Positions 30,078 to 39,674 of a stretch of DNA of 64,000 bases are shown in pieces. The translations under genes and the position numbers were made by a program. The number at the start of each line of letters is the position of its first letter. Position 1 is the first letter of the stretch. Below the pieces are notes generated by a model. It ran no database searches. It was not told the origin of the DNA and saw only the letters and a list, made by a program, of their open reading frames with translations. The DNA is taken from the sequence record NC_061446.1. The stretch is one strand, 5' to 3'.

Positions 30078-30491
30078 TTAACCCTCAGCGTCAAGCTCAA
30101 TCGCAATGGCTTTCAGCTTCGCAGCGAGCAGCTTAATATCGGCAGACTTCGCTTGCATGTTAAAGCCACCACGACCGGGCTTGATTTCAGAATCGTTCTT
30201 GGTGTTGTACCACTTACGCACTTCCACGACACGGTTACCGGCATCGTCATTGACGAGATCTACAGACAGGAAGCCATGTGCACCAATCTGAATGCGAAAC
30301 AGTTCAGGCTCAGAAGTCTCTACACGAGTTTTCTTCTTGGCCTTTTGCGGCTTCTCTTCTTTCTTGGCTTTCTTTGCTTTAACTGCTTTCAACTCAGCAG
30401 CCTGTTCGGCAAGAGGCTTAGACTTCTTTTTCAGACTGTCTTTGATCTTCTTTGCCTTAGCGCCTACGATTTTGCCGTTAACCATTGCCAT
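30078..30491 (-). CDS. PC4/p15-like ssDNA-binding protein with a Lys-rich N-terminal arm
   Basis: FLSVDLVND..GNRVVEVRKWY....EIKPGRGGFNM is the PC4 fold pattern. Confidence 0.75.
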   Translation of the reverse strand: MAMVNGKIVGAKAKKIKDSLKKKSKPLAEQAAELKAVKAKKAKKEEKPQKAKKKTRVETSEPELFRIQIGAHGFLSVDLVNDDAGNRVVEVRKWYNTKNDSEIKPGRGGFNMQAKSADIKLLAAKLKAIAIELDAEG

Positions 30492-30784
30492 TAGATTTGC
30501 GTCCTCTTAACTTTCTTGATAGCAGAACTCGGACGCTTCTGAGGTATCGCCATGAGCATCCCTGCCTGCATCTCAGATGGATGAAGCAGAGCGTTCGCAA
30601 TAAGCAACAACACCCAGTTAGCGTTCGAGCCGTATGTAATGTGCGACAAGAGTTGAGGATTGCCCTCCATTGAGGCGTCGATGCGAGTTGGCGTGGTGTA
30701 CAGCGCCGTGTCTACATCCTCAAACACCTTCATACTTAGAGGGTCAATTCCCCACTTGTCGATCACGCCTATTGTTTCAGCCAT
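30491..30784 (-). CDS. Baseplate gp53/LysM-like (tail X) protein
   Basis: GNPQLLSHITYGSNANWVLLLIANALLHPSEMQAGMLMAIP. Confidence 0.75.
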   Translation of the reverse strand: MAETIGVIDKWGIDPLSMKVFEDVDTALYTTPTRIDASMEGNPQLLSHITYGSNANWVLLLIANALLHPSEMQAGMLMAIPQKRPSSAIKKVKRTQI

Positions 30785-31575
30785 TTCTTCAAGTCCTCTC
30801 GCGTTACAGCAAAGTAGCTACTGACCTGCAGGATGAAGTCCACGCTGATAGGGTTACCAGTACCATCTTCCCACACGTTATCGAAGTTAGCGCTGACGCT
30901 ATCAACAACACACGGACTCATTGAGAAGAAATTACCAATATCAACGAAGAACGCCTCGCTGTCCTCTAAGATGTTACCGATTGCAGCGTTAGCCGCATCC
31001 GCACCCCCGCCACCAGCAGCCAGTATGAGTGTTTCCATACTGACTGATTTTAACGGGCTTGGGCCAGGAGGCATCAACAGGCCGCCGTTCTCAGAAGGTG
31101 CACACAGCGACAGCAGGTTGATGGTCGTATCAACAACTTCGCTTTTAGTGTCAGAGTAGGCATCGACGAAGATAGGAAGGTCGATTGATAGATAACTCGG
31201 ACCTCCCCACACGCGAGCACTCGCCAACTTGTGCATAGAACTGGCGCCAGCGAATCGCAGCGCTTTATCCATTGCACCAGCATTGTTGCCGATGAATGCA
31301 CCGGCGGCACCCAACTTACCACCTACAGTTGACAGAGCATCACCGCCTTTAGCAGCAACGTCAGCAAGTGAGGTGTTGGCAAATGGTGCGTCCCATTGAG
31401 AAGACAGGCTGAACGAGAAGTCTGGTGGAATGAAACCAGTGAACTTGATTGTACCACTCTTGTTGTAGATCTTCACACGATACATGTTATCGACAGAGAT
31501 AATATCGTCACGCGACCGTGTGCTACCTACAGCAGTGGCTTGCCCGCCATCGGCAGGCATTAAATAGTTAGCCAC
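30769..31575 (-). CDS. Tail-tube initiator/baseplate protein (gp48-like)
   Basis: Position and PCVVDSVSANFD...PISVDFILQ motif; GTG start with TAAGGAG SD. Confidence 0.6.
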   Translation of the reverse strand: MANYLMPADGGQATAVGSTRSRDDIISVDNMYRVKIYNKSGTIKFTGFIPPDFSFSLSSQWDAPFANTSLADVAAKGGDALSTVGGKLGAAGAFIGNNAGAMDKALRFAGASSMHKLASARVWGGPSYLSIDLPIFVDAYSDTKSEVVDTTINLLSLCAPSENGGLLMPPGPSPLKSVSMETLILAAGGGGADAANAAIGNILEDSEAFFVDIGNFFSMSPCVVDSVSANFDNVWEDGTGNPISVDFILQVSSYFAVTREDLKKWLKQ

Positions 31576-31587
31576 ACAAACTCCTTA

Positions 31588-34284
31588 TCACATGTAGCCC
31601 ATAGTAATCATGTTCATCATCGGGTCATCCATAAACACTGGAATTGAGTCGAGCGAATGTGAGTTACTAGGACTTGCGTTGCTTGAACCGCTAGAGCTTG
31701 GACGAGACACAGCACCACCTTTCGGCATCTCAGGCGCAGGTGCTTGAGCTGGTGGTGGCGGAGCTGGTGCTTCTGTACGAGCAATATCACCCTCAGTAAC
31801 GAGGGGCTGTCTCGCAACAGTTTCTTCCGGCTTGACTGTAGGCTCAATGCGTTTAACATCAGGTGCAGCAGCGGCAACAAGGTCATTCAAGCGACGCTCA
31901 TGCTCTTCTGGTGAGGACTTAGGTGCTACAGGCCCTCTACCTGTGAAGTCAGGCAGCGATTTGGGATCAGTTTCAGAATACGTCTGAGGTTCACCCTTAG
32001 GCAGGTCTGGGAATCGAGCAGCAATACGTGCATCCTGCTCTGCTTCTGTTTCGACCGGCTTAGGAGTATTTACAGCTTTCTTCTGACGATCTGCCTCAGC
32101 TACCTTGAGCAATACGTCCTTCTCGTTCTGCGCTCGCGTGGCAACGGACTGCCTTGTCTGAGCATCAGAGGACTTGAAGTATTTGTCAGTCGTTGCAGCT
32201 TTATAATCCTGGATGGTCTTAATCAGTTCATCGTCGGACATGCTGTTAACGTCTTTGCCTTGAAGCGCATTCGAGATAACGCTGGTGCCTGCTCCGTACT
32301 GGACGGCCGTGCTATACATCAGCTCTTTAACACCTGCACCACGCTTCGTCAGGTCAACACCTACTTCATTCTGCATCTTCGCAGCAAGAGGTGCATAGTG
32401 AGTACGCGTGATATAGTCAGACTGTGCTTTATCAAAAGCCTCACCCTGAGTGTTTGCCACATCTTTATACACGGAGTTGAACTGAGACGTTCCCGGAGCA
32501 AGGCCACCGAAGCGTTCTAAGAACGGTTTACCTTCAGGGCTATTCAGGAAGTTCATCATACTGCCGTTGTTTGTAGCGAGCTGGTGCTTACCATACGACA
32601 CACCGCCGTAGTCACCTTTACCAGTAGATACAGTGCTGACGCCTCGACCACCAGACTCGAACTGTTCACTAACAGAACCAAGACCACCCTCAGCAATCGC
32701 TTTGTTGGCAATATCAGTTACCTGTTTGCTGTCATATCGCTTGGCAGGCTGCGCTCGCATCGGTCCTTGATACTGACCACCACCGCCTCCGCCTCCGACA
32801 CCAGCACCCATCCCCATCATACCCATAAAGCTGAAAGGTGAGACAGTAGGCTGCGGGAACTTGGACTTGTTCTCGTTCTCGTCAGTGGTCTTGTTGTAAT
32901 CCTCCATCTTCTCTTTGCGGTCTTTCTCGCCGTCAGCAAGCATCGTGTCGGTTTCATCAGTTATCTTGTCAGCAACGTATTCGCCAACAGAGTTACCAAA
33001 GTAGTCACCCAAGATGCCACCCAACAGACTGCCAAGAGCAGCACCGGCAGCGGTACCAACGACAGGAACAACTGAACCCAGCGTACCACCAATCCACGCG
33101 CCAGCAATAGCGCCTGTTGTACCACCAGCAGTACCGCCAATAGCTCCACCAGTTGCTTTCTTCTTCTCGTGCGCTTTCTCAGCGTCAGTAAGAGTTTCGT
33201 CTGCGTCGATGTGCTGCATGTCATTCGCAAGGCCGATACTATTACCTAAAGCAGGACCTATGACAGGAATCTTTTTAGACGCACCAGCCAGCAACATTGA
33301 AGCGCCTGCTACAGCAGCGTCTTGTGCTTGTGAAGGGGGCTTAGGTGTATCACCCTTAGCAGCTTCTTCGGCTCGTTGAACTTCTTGCGGTTGAGCTACA
33401 GGCTGAGGCTGCGCTGGAGCTTCTGGCATACCTGCGCCGGAGTTCTCTGCGTTGTCCTGCTCAAACTTCTCCTGTGATCTTTCTTTCAACCACAAGCCAC
33501 CCGCAGTTGCAGCACCAATACCAACCAGTGCCATTAACGCACCAGCTTTGCCTCTCAGTCGCGGGAAGCGAGAACGTGGGAGATTGCGTCCGGGTCCTCT
33601 ACGATTACCGGCACCTCTACCGTAACGTCTGCCACGACGATTACGACGACCGGTACGGCGACGACGATTATCGTTACCAGAATCACCGAGATCACTACCG
33701 CTATCATTATCCGGGCCGTTGTCGTCATCATTAGCACCAGTGTTAGGACCACCAGCACCAGGCTGTTGTCCATGTGGATCTGACTTAGCGCGATTCTTCT
33801 CTTTGAATGCCTCGCGCTTCTCCCACTCAAGCCAATCTTCGAGAGCTTTCTGCGTCTTGGTAGAGACTGCATTGCCTTCTTTGATTGCCTTAACAATATC
33901 GTCACCAGACTTCTCTCCTGCAATGAACAGGTCTTCGAGTGCTGACTCTACTTCGCGGGAATTAGGTTGTTGTGCTACAGGACGAGGAGATGTTGGTATC
34001 GCTTCGCTATCATTGACATAGCGCACACGCTGATTGGCCATCTTCTCGCGCATAGCTTTCGCTGCACGGTTCTTCGCTCTTGACCCAGGACCGACGTAGA
34101 CAACTTCCTCTTCGTACATCTCTGGGTCGTAATCGCGTTCGTAATCAGCCTGCGTAGGATAATCATTCGCAGCCTTACGTTTGCGACGAGCTTTAGGCAT
34201 ACCCGCTACAGAAGGACTAACGCTGTCCGCATGTTCGATCATTAGTTCGAGTGCGGACAACTCTTTTTCTTGTGGCTTAGCCAT
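31588..34284 (-). CDS. Tape-measure-like protein with a lysozyme-like peptidoglycan hydrolase domain
   Basis: SEQFESGGRGVSTVSTGKGDYGGVSYGKHQL resembles the VgrG3-type muralytic domain; Gly-zipper hydrophobic segments; Arg-rich tract; follows two chaperone genes. Confidence 0.75.
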   Translation of the reverse strand: MAKPQEKELSALELMIEHADSVSPSVAGMPKARRKRKAANDYPTQADYERDYDPEMYEEEVVYVGPGSRAKNRAAKAMREKMANQRVRYVNDSEAIPTSPRPVAQQPNSREVESALEDLFIAGEKSGDDIVKAIKEGNAVSTKTQKALEDWLEWEKREAFKEKNRAKSDPHGQQPGAGGPNTGANDDDNGPDNDSGSDLGDSGNDNRRRRTGRRNRRGRRYGRGAGNRRGPGRNLPRSRFPRLRGKAGALMALVGIGAATAGGLWLKERSQEKFEQDNAENSGAGMPEAPAQPQPVAQPQEVQRAEEAAKGDTPKPPSQAQDAAVAGASMLLAGASKKIPVIGPALGNSIGLANDMQHIDADETLTDAEKAHEKKKATGGAIGGTAGGTTGAIAGAWIGGTLGSVVPVVGTAAGAALGSLLGGILGDYFGNSVGEYVADKITDETDTMLADGEKDRKEKMEDYNKTTDENENKSKFPQPTVSPFSFMGMMGMGAGVGGGGGGGQYQGPMRAQPAKRYDSKQVTDIANKAIAEGGLGSVSEQFESGGRGVSTVSTGKGDYGGVSYGKHQLATNNGSMMNFLNSPEGKPFLERFGGLAPGTSQFNSVYKDVANTQGEAFDKAQSDYITRTHYAPLAAKMQNEVGVDLTKRGAGVKELMYSTAVQYGAGTSVISNALQGKDVNSMSDDELIKTIQDYKAATTDKYFKSSDAQTRQSVATRAQNEKDVLLKVAEADRQKKAVNTPKPVETEAEQDARIAARFPDLPKGEPQTYSETDPKSLPDFTGRGPVAPKSSPEEHERRLNDLVAAAAPDVKRIEPTVKPEETVARQPLVTEGDIARTEAPAPPPPAQAPAPEMPKGGAVSRPSSSGSSNASPSNSHSLDSIPVFMDDPMMNMITMGYM

Positions 34285-35129
34285 TATCCACCTCTACGGC
34301 CTCTCTGCGCTGCTAACGCAAGTGCTCGCTGTTCTTCGGCTTTGTTCTTATCGTGAACATAAGCACTATGCCAGTAAAGCAATTTGTTGATCGTTATATC
34401 GTCTGGCACGTAGATGTTCTTGGCGCTGGCGAGGTCAAGCGTCATGTTCATCATTGACGTGTCAGAGAACACACGGAAGTAGCCGAGAATATCAATTGGA
34501 CTTTTGTAGGTATATGTACGGAAGCAACGGTTGCACTTGTGAGTGGTCTCCAGTTCGCAACTCACATACACGTAGTTACTGGCGTTAAGCAGTTCGATTG
34601 GGTCTGCATACTCAAGTGTCTGCGCAAGAGGAATATCGCTGTCGATATACATCGCGTTCATTACCTGAGTACGGTTCTCATGCTCGGCCAGCAACTCTGC
34701 ATCAATCCAGCGCTGAACAGTAGGATGGCGCAAGCCCTTTGGAAGGTCGCGCCATTTGTGCTGAACTATTCTTTGTCGCATGACTTCTTCGGTGTTGAGC
34801 AGGCCGCAGTCTACTTCAACGAACTTGCAGCCTCTTGGCCTATCGTAGTAACGCTCACCACGCATATCAACAAAGAAGGGCGTGGTGCATCGCCATTCAT
34901 ACAGACGATGCGATTGCGGCCAACTATTTCTGTCGAACATTGCCAGCATATAACGGAAGTCTTCGAGGTACATCTCTCTGACCTTCACGTTGGTGAATCG
35001 CTGCAACGTATCAACAAAGAGTTCAGGCAGTTTGTGCTTCTGCGCGTTAAACAGACTCGACATTGCATCTGCCGTTATTTGGCTGATACGGCAATCTGAC
35101 CTGCCTGAAGGGAGATAGATCTCTAACAT
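34284..35129 (-). CDS. Baseplate hub/tail assembly chaperone (gp26-like) 1
   Basis: N-terminal LPSG, HKCNRC zinc motif; position before the tape-measure-like gene. Confidence 0.6.
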   Translation of the reverse strand: MLEIYLPSGRSDCRISQITADAMSSLFNAQKHKLPELFVDTLQRFTNVKVREMYLEDFRYMLAMFDRNSWPQSHRLYEWRCTTPFFVDMRGERYYDRPRGCKFVEVDCGLLNTEEVMRQRIVQHKWRDLPKGLRHPTVQRWIDAELLAEHENRTQVMNAMYIDSDIPLAQTLEYADPIELLNASNYVYVSCELETTHKCNRCFRTYTYKSPIDILGYFRVFSDTSMMNMTLDLASAKNIYVPDDITINKLLYWHSAYVHDKNKAEEQRALALAAQRGRRGG

Positions 35130-35812
35130 TAGTTGACAAAGACCGCTGGGTTAAGATCCCATGCGCGTGTGCTGCGGCGTTGGCAGTGCGGGCACAGGAG
35201 TTCAATATCAGTCAGCAGGCCATGACGAGAAGCGCGTACCCACTCAGACAGTTCAAGCCAGAGAGTAAGGTCGGATTGTTCTTCCAGACGCGCTACGTTG
35301 GCATCGAAGTTACGACCCATGTGAGCTACATGCCAGCTAAACATATCTTCCGATGCACGTTCGTAGTGACGCATACGAGGCAGGTCAAAATGTTCGTGCT
35401 CTGCATTGAGCATTGCGATGGTCATTGACGTTTCATCAATCACGCCGACGTTGTTTGCATCGCAAGGGAACGTATTGATAACGCCACCTTCAGGACGCAA
35501 CTCATTCACAATGCCGTCGGAATATTCAAACAGCGGCTTCTTGCAGTTCCAGTATGTACGCAGTGGCATAACAGTGTTCATCCACATACGCTGCTGGAAG
35601 ACCAAAGCAAACGCATCAGGCACGGTCAGTTCTTCGAGTTTGATATTGAGACACGGCGCCAGAGCATCGAGCAGGATGTACTTCATATCCTTTGCATCAA
35701 TAGCCTTAGCAATAGCACGGTTCTCTTTACCGCCGAAACGACGCATCTCAAAAGCTGTAGGCAGTTCAGCCTTATAGCCACGAGAAGGTAAACTCGCTGT
35801 TTGAATTTCCAT
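35129..35812 (-). CDS. Baseplate hub/tail assembly chaperone (gp26-like) 2
   Basis: LPSRGY N-terminus, LCPHC motif; paralogous to its neighbour. Confidence 0.6.
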   Translation of the reverse strand: MEIQTASLPSRGYKAELPTAFEMRRFGGKENRAIAKAIDAKDMKYILLDALAPCLNIKLEELTVPDAFALVFQQRMWMNTVMPLRTYWNCKKPLFEYSDGIVNELRPEGGVINTFPCDANNVGVIDETSMTIAMLNAEHEHFDLPRMRHYERASEDMFSWHVAHMGRNFDANVARLEEQSDLTLWLELSEWVRASRHGLLTDIELLCPHCQRRSTRAWDLNPAVFVN

Positions 35813-35822
35813 AGTTGTTATC

Positions 35823-36335
35823 TCACATCATTGGTCGGGAAACATCAAGAGCCATTTGCACAGACCACATGCCTCTACCGCCGGTGCCGTTAAGCTGAAT
35901 GCTTTGACCACCGATAGGCCAGCAGTTGCGTAGCTGTTGTTCGCCAACCATTTGCCCTTGGTTGTCGTATAGCTCAATGATAAGGTTTTTCTTATACACA
36001 GACGGCAAACGGAAGCCACCAGTGTACGGATTCTGAATCAGACTCTGCCACGCATTGAAATATTTCATCACTGCGAGCTTCTGGTCGATACCAAATAGCA
36101 GACTGAATCCGTCAACGCTCGAACCATGTGGCCAGTTGATTTGCACCGTAGCCACTTCTTTTGATTTCGATTGATAGACAGAGAACGGCAGGTCTACTTC
36201 TTCACACGCGAACGGGCTTAACGATATATTACCAATAACAGGAAATTCTCGCACACGCCACTTGTCTTGCATGAAGGGATCGTCAAGGCCAGGAGCAGAA
36301 GAATCATTCAGGTCATCAAGCGTCGGCAGCGGCAT
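35823..36335 (-). CDS. Tail-tube-like protein 2
   Basis: Paralogous to 37064..37576 (DDPF...W, YFNAWQSLI, NCWP). Confidence 0.75.
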   Translation of the reverse strand: MPLPTLDDLNDSSAPGLDDPFMQDKWRVREFPVIGNISLSPFACEEVDLPFSVYQSKSKEVATVQINWPHGSSVDGFSLLFGIDQKLAVMKYFNAWQSLIQNPYTGGFRLPSVYKKNLIIELYDNQGQMVGEQQLRNCWPIGGQSIQLNGTGGRGMWSVQMALDVSRPMM

Positions 36336-36337
36336 GA

Positions 36338-37012
36338 TTAGTCCTCTACAATAACAAGCACAGGTCTAACGGCATCGTCGAACTTGAGGAACGTAGCACC
36401 AACCAGATAGCCACCGTTTTCAATCTGCTTCACGACTGCTTTCTCGTAGTCCGTTTCCCACTTGTCACGCTGATTGGCTTTGTAGCCTTCAAACGTTTCT
36501 GACGCGTCGTAGTAGTTATACGTTCCGCCAGTCGGCATTGGGATTCGAGCAAGGAACTCAATACGACCAGCGTTTTTAAACTTGGCCTTACGTATCTCCT
36601 GAGTCAGCTTCGTGTTCTCGGCTTTAGAGCCAGGAACAGCTTTGAATGGTTTCTTTGGTTGTGGTTCTTTCGGTGCGGCAGGAAGTTTCTCACGCGCTGG
36701 AGTATTCTTGTCACTCGCTTTCTTAATGCGAATGCCGGACACTGTGCCAGTGAACGGACGGCTGCGGCCAAGCAACGAACGTGCTGTAGGCGCATCGACT
36801 TCAAACACTACTGACGGGTCATCCTTATGCAGCACATAGAACTTGTTACGCTTTGCAGCCAAGATACCGAATACATCTTTTTCCTCGATATCGGCTTCAT
36901 GCTCCTTGTTCTCAATGCTTACCTTGCGCTTACCTTCGAAGCGGTACCAGTCGCAGTCTTGAATCCCTACGGCAGGTGTCTTACGTGCGCTTTCGCTCAG
37001 TAGAATAAGCAT
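36338..37012 (-). CDS. Putative head-internal protein with the shared ~65-aa domain
   Basis: MLILLSESA N-terminus, then WYRFEGKRKVSI...EKDVFGI...KDDPSVVF; Pro/Lys linker. Confidence 0.65.
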   Translation of the reverse strand: MLILLSESARKTPAVGIQDCDWYRFEGKRKVSIENKEHEADIEEKDVFGILAAKRNKFYVLHKDDPSVVFEVDAPTARSLLGRSRPFTGTVSGIRIKKASDKNTPAREKLPAAPKEPQPKKPFKAVPGSKAENTKLTQEIRKAKFKNAGRIEFLARIPMPTGGTYNYYDASETFEGYKANQRDKWETDYEKAVVKQIENGGYLVGATFLKFDDAVRPVLVIVED

Positions 37013-37022
37013 AGTCTCTCCA

Positions 37023-37056
37023 AAACGAAAAAGGGCCAGAACGAATCTTGGCCCTT
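37023..37056 (-). terminator. Rho-independent terminator after the tail tube gene
   Basis: AAGGGCCAAGA-TTCG-TTCTGGCCCTTTTTCG. Confidence 0.8.
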
Positions 37057-37063
37057 GTGTTTC

Positions 37064-37576
37064 TTACGATGCGAGTTCGGCGTAGTCGAAGGACCATTCG
37101 ATTGATACCGGAACAGCCTGCGCAGCACCAGAGAACTGCAAATCAGGAACCTGTTTCGGCCACACACCGTAGATGTTGTACTCAGCAACTACAGAACCGT
37201 CCATATCGAAGATACGGAAGATTCCTTTCGTTGCGTAGTCTGCCTTACGTGCGCCCAGCTGGGTTTGAGTGTTACGCACAAACTGGTGCCACTCTTCCAG
37301 TTGTTTGTACACGGCCATCTCTGAGTTTTCGTTGTACTCAGTGGACAGAGCGTGAGAGAAGATCTTACGGCCAGCGTAGTTAAGCTGGTGGCCGAACGCT
37401 TCTTTCAGAACTTCTTCGAGCGTTGAACCAGGCTTAACGCCAGTCTTACAGAACAGACGCAGAGTACGCGCATAGTCCGTACCACCGACAGGCGGGTTAG
37501 GGATCAGGAACTCGAAGTTGTCATCGAGTAACGGGTCTTTCGTAGACGCAAATTCGTCAAGAGTTACCTTTGGCAT
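37064..37576 (-). CDS. Tail tube protein (T4 gp19-like)
   Basis: Downstream of the sheath; YNIYGVWPKQVPDLQFS...VEWSFDY. Confidence 0.88.
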   Translation of the reverse strand: MPKVTLDEFASTKDPLLDDNFEFLIPNPPVGGTDYARTLRLFCKTGVKPGSTLEEVLKEAFGHQLNYAGRKIFSHALSTEYNENSEMAVYKQLEEWHQFVRNTQTQLGARKADYATKGIFRIFDMDGSVVAEYNIYGVWPKQVPDLQFSGAAQAVPVSIEWSFDYAELAS

Positions 37577-37587
37577 CTAAAAGCTCC

Positions 37588-39273
37588 TTAGAGTGCACCA
37601 GAGTTAATCAGTTGCAGCGCGTACTGGATATCACCGACTGGCGGTACGATAGCAGTTACGTGAATGCGTTTAGTGTAGCGAGTCGGGTCAAGGAACACGT
37701 CGATGATCAGATCGCCACGCGCTTCGTCTTCTGCGGTGTTGTTCTTGTAGTCGCACTGGACTGCATACCAACGCAAACCACGGCCGGTCTTAATCGGTTC
37801 GAGGATTGCTTCCATCGCAGACTTCTGGCGCTGTTTCAGAATGTCATCGTTCGGTTCGAACACGGCACTCAGGTTGTTTGCACGGGCAGAAGCATGAAGC
37901 ATTGCCAACAGGCGACGAATACCGATATCCTGCAGCGGGCTCTTAGTGGTGTACGTTGTATCAGCGCCCCACATGAAGATACCTTCGCCGTCGAATACAG
38001 CAATCGGGTTAATCTGGTTGTCTACCAGAACGTCACGGTCGCCTTGTTTAAAGCGATAGCGCACGTCAGTAGCGAAGTCCAGCTTACCACGATTCAGACC
38101 GCCTGGTGCTAACCACGATGCTACTTGGTCAGCAGTCAACATGCAGTACGCCATACAGACAGAGGCAGGCACGTAGTAGTCACGCGCATTGTCGTTGTCA
38201 CGGGCCTTAACGTCAGCATTCGAGATAGCCGACCAAGAACCGATGATTGAGAACTCTGCTTGCTGATACGGCTTGTTGCCACGGCGATACGCCACAGCAT
38301 TATCACGCGCTTGCAGACTGACAGGAACACCGTGAGTAGCGATACAGTCCATGCGGCTCTCAGCCAGTTCATCGATCTTGTTCGCAATCACAGGATGCTC
38401 AAGGCCACCAGCACACAGAATGCCTGCCTGAACGTCTTCCCAGTCACGGTAGTTATCCCACGCAGTCAGCACAGCAGACAGACTCTGGTTAGCGATAGTC
38501 GCATCAGAATGATCTACGTCGATAACAGCTCCGTCGCTACCGCCAGTGAACTGACCGTTAGGAGCAGTCGGGTTCGTTGGGTCAGCCGGACCACCGCCGA
38601 TGGAGTTGATGACCACATAGTTCGGGTCTTCCAGCAGCTTATAGTGGTTTTCGTTCAGCTTAACGCGGATGTACTTGGAGTTAACGTTGATCACGTCTTC
38701 AATGAAGAACTGATTGCCCGCTTCGTCTTTGTAATAGCGCGTAGTCACGGTATGAGACTCAAGAGGAGTCAGGTAACCGACTTTGTACACTTTGATGATG
38801 GACTTAATGCCCAGCGCATCAGTCACGTCAGGCTCAAACGTGATGTACATATCGTTCGCCGCTGCATACTGAGACATTGCATAGACCAAACAAATATCAC
38901 GATCAGAGAAGGCAATCTGCTCAGGGTCTACAAGTCCAGCGTCACCCAGAGGGCGGCAGGTGGCGAAGTTGTTATAAGTTGTGATATACACACCTGCGTA
39001 TTTCACGGAGAGAGCGACACGCGTAATGTTCAGCTTGGTTGCTTTCGTCATCAGAAGTTTTGCGTTCTGGACGTTGTTAGCGTACTGCCCCGTTGCTGGA
39101 CCAAAAATTGCGTCGATCTCATCCTTAGAGGTAACAGTTGTGTTAACACCCACAGGTCCGCGAGGGAATGGCAGAACCAGAGTACACATGCCGTACTGCA
39201 CAAGTGACGCTTGGTTGCTGCGATCATTCTCCTGCGAATAGACCCCCGGAGAGGGGTGATTAGGTTGTAACAT
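37588..39273 (-). CDS. Contractile tail sheath protein
   Basis: PSPGVYSQENDRS, WLAPGGLNRG, NQINPI, IRRLL, PTRYTKRI. Confidence 0.95.
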   Translation of the reverse strand: MLQPNHPSPGVYSQENDRSNQASLVQYGMCTLVLPFPRGPVGVNTTVTSKDEIDAIFGPATGQYANNVQNAKLLMTKATKLNITRVALSVKYAGVYITTYNNFATCRPLGDAGLVDPEQIAFSDRDICLVYAMSQYAAANDMYITFEPDVTDALGIKSIIKVYKVGYLTPLESHTVTTRYYKDEAGNQFFIEDVINVNSKYIRVKLNENHYKLLEDPNYVVINSIGGGPADPTNPTAPNGQFTGGSDGAVIDVDHSDATIANQSLSAVLTAWDNYRDWEDVQAGILCAGGLEHPVIANKIDELAESRMDCIATHGVPVSLQARDNAVAYRRGNKPYQQAEFSIIGSWSAISNADVKARDNDNARDYYVPASVCMAYCMLTADQVASWLAPGGLNRGKLDFATDVRYRFKQGDRDVLVDNQINPIAVFDGEGIFMWGADTTYTTKSPLQDIGIRRLLAMLHASARANNLSAVFEPNDDILKQRQKSAMEAILEPIKTGRGLRWYAVQCDYKNNTAEDEARGDLIIDVFLDPTRYTKRIHVTAIVPPVGDIQYALQLINSGAL

Positions 39274-39315
39274 CGTGAATCTCCATAAGAATGGGCATCG
39301 TGTAACGACTGTATG

Positions 39316-39323
39316 AAATTAGC
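39316..39323 (-). promoter_or_regulatory. GCTAATTT putative late-promoter motif
   Basis: 43 nt upstream of the sheath start. Confidence 0.65.
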
Positions 39324-39329
39324 GAGAAC

Positions 39330-39674
39330 TCAATAGCAAACCAGATTAACTCGCTGATCCACGTCACTTACCAGAACGGATTGTGCCATCTTGCCTGTAA
39401 GTGTGAACTGCCCTTCGATAACCATCTGACCACCAGCGTACTGGAGGACGATTGGCTCTGCGGTATCAATGTACAGCAGCCCTTTAATCTCAGGCAGCGC
39501 ATACCCCTTAGGCCCGACGATGATACTCTGCATCTGATATTCACCATCAAGGGGAATACCTACAGCGTGTGATTGTCGTTTGAGGATAGAGTTCTGGTTA
39601 GAAGTGACAGCACGTACACGACTATCAATGACCAGAGTACGATCCAGCTTACGATACTTCTCGCGTGTGTACAT
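39330..39674 (-). CDS. Small virion/neck-associated hypothetical protein
   Basis: 114 aa, coupled to the upstream gene (TAATG). Confidence 0.6.
   Translation of the reverse strand: MYTREKYRKLDRTLVIDSRVRAVTSNQNSILKRQSHAVGIPLDGEYQMQSIIVGPKGYALPEIKGLLYIDTAEPIVLQYAGGQMVIEGQFTLTGKMAQSVLVSDVDQRVNLVCY

Noticed and set aside
18550-39273. T6SS or extracellular contractile injection system (PAAR, spike, hub, gp25, sheath, tube, VgrG3-like lysozyme)
   Set aside because: A capsid, scaffold, prohead protease, ligase and tmk are present and no TssJLM/ClpV-type genes are seen, so this is a phage tail.
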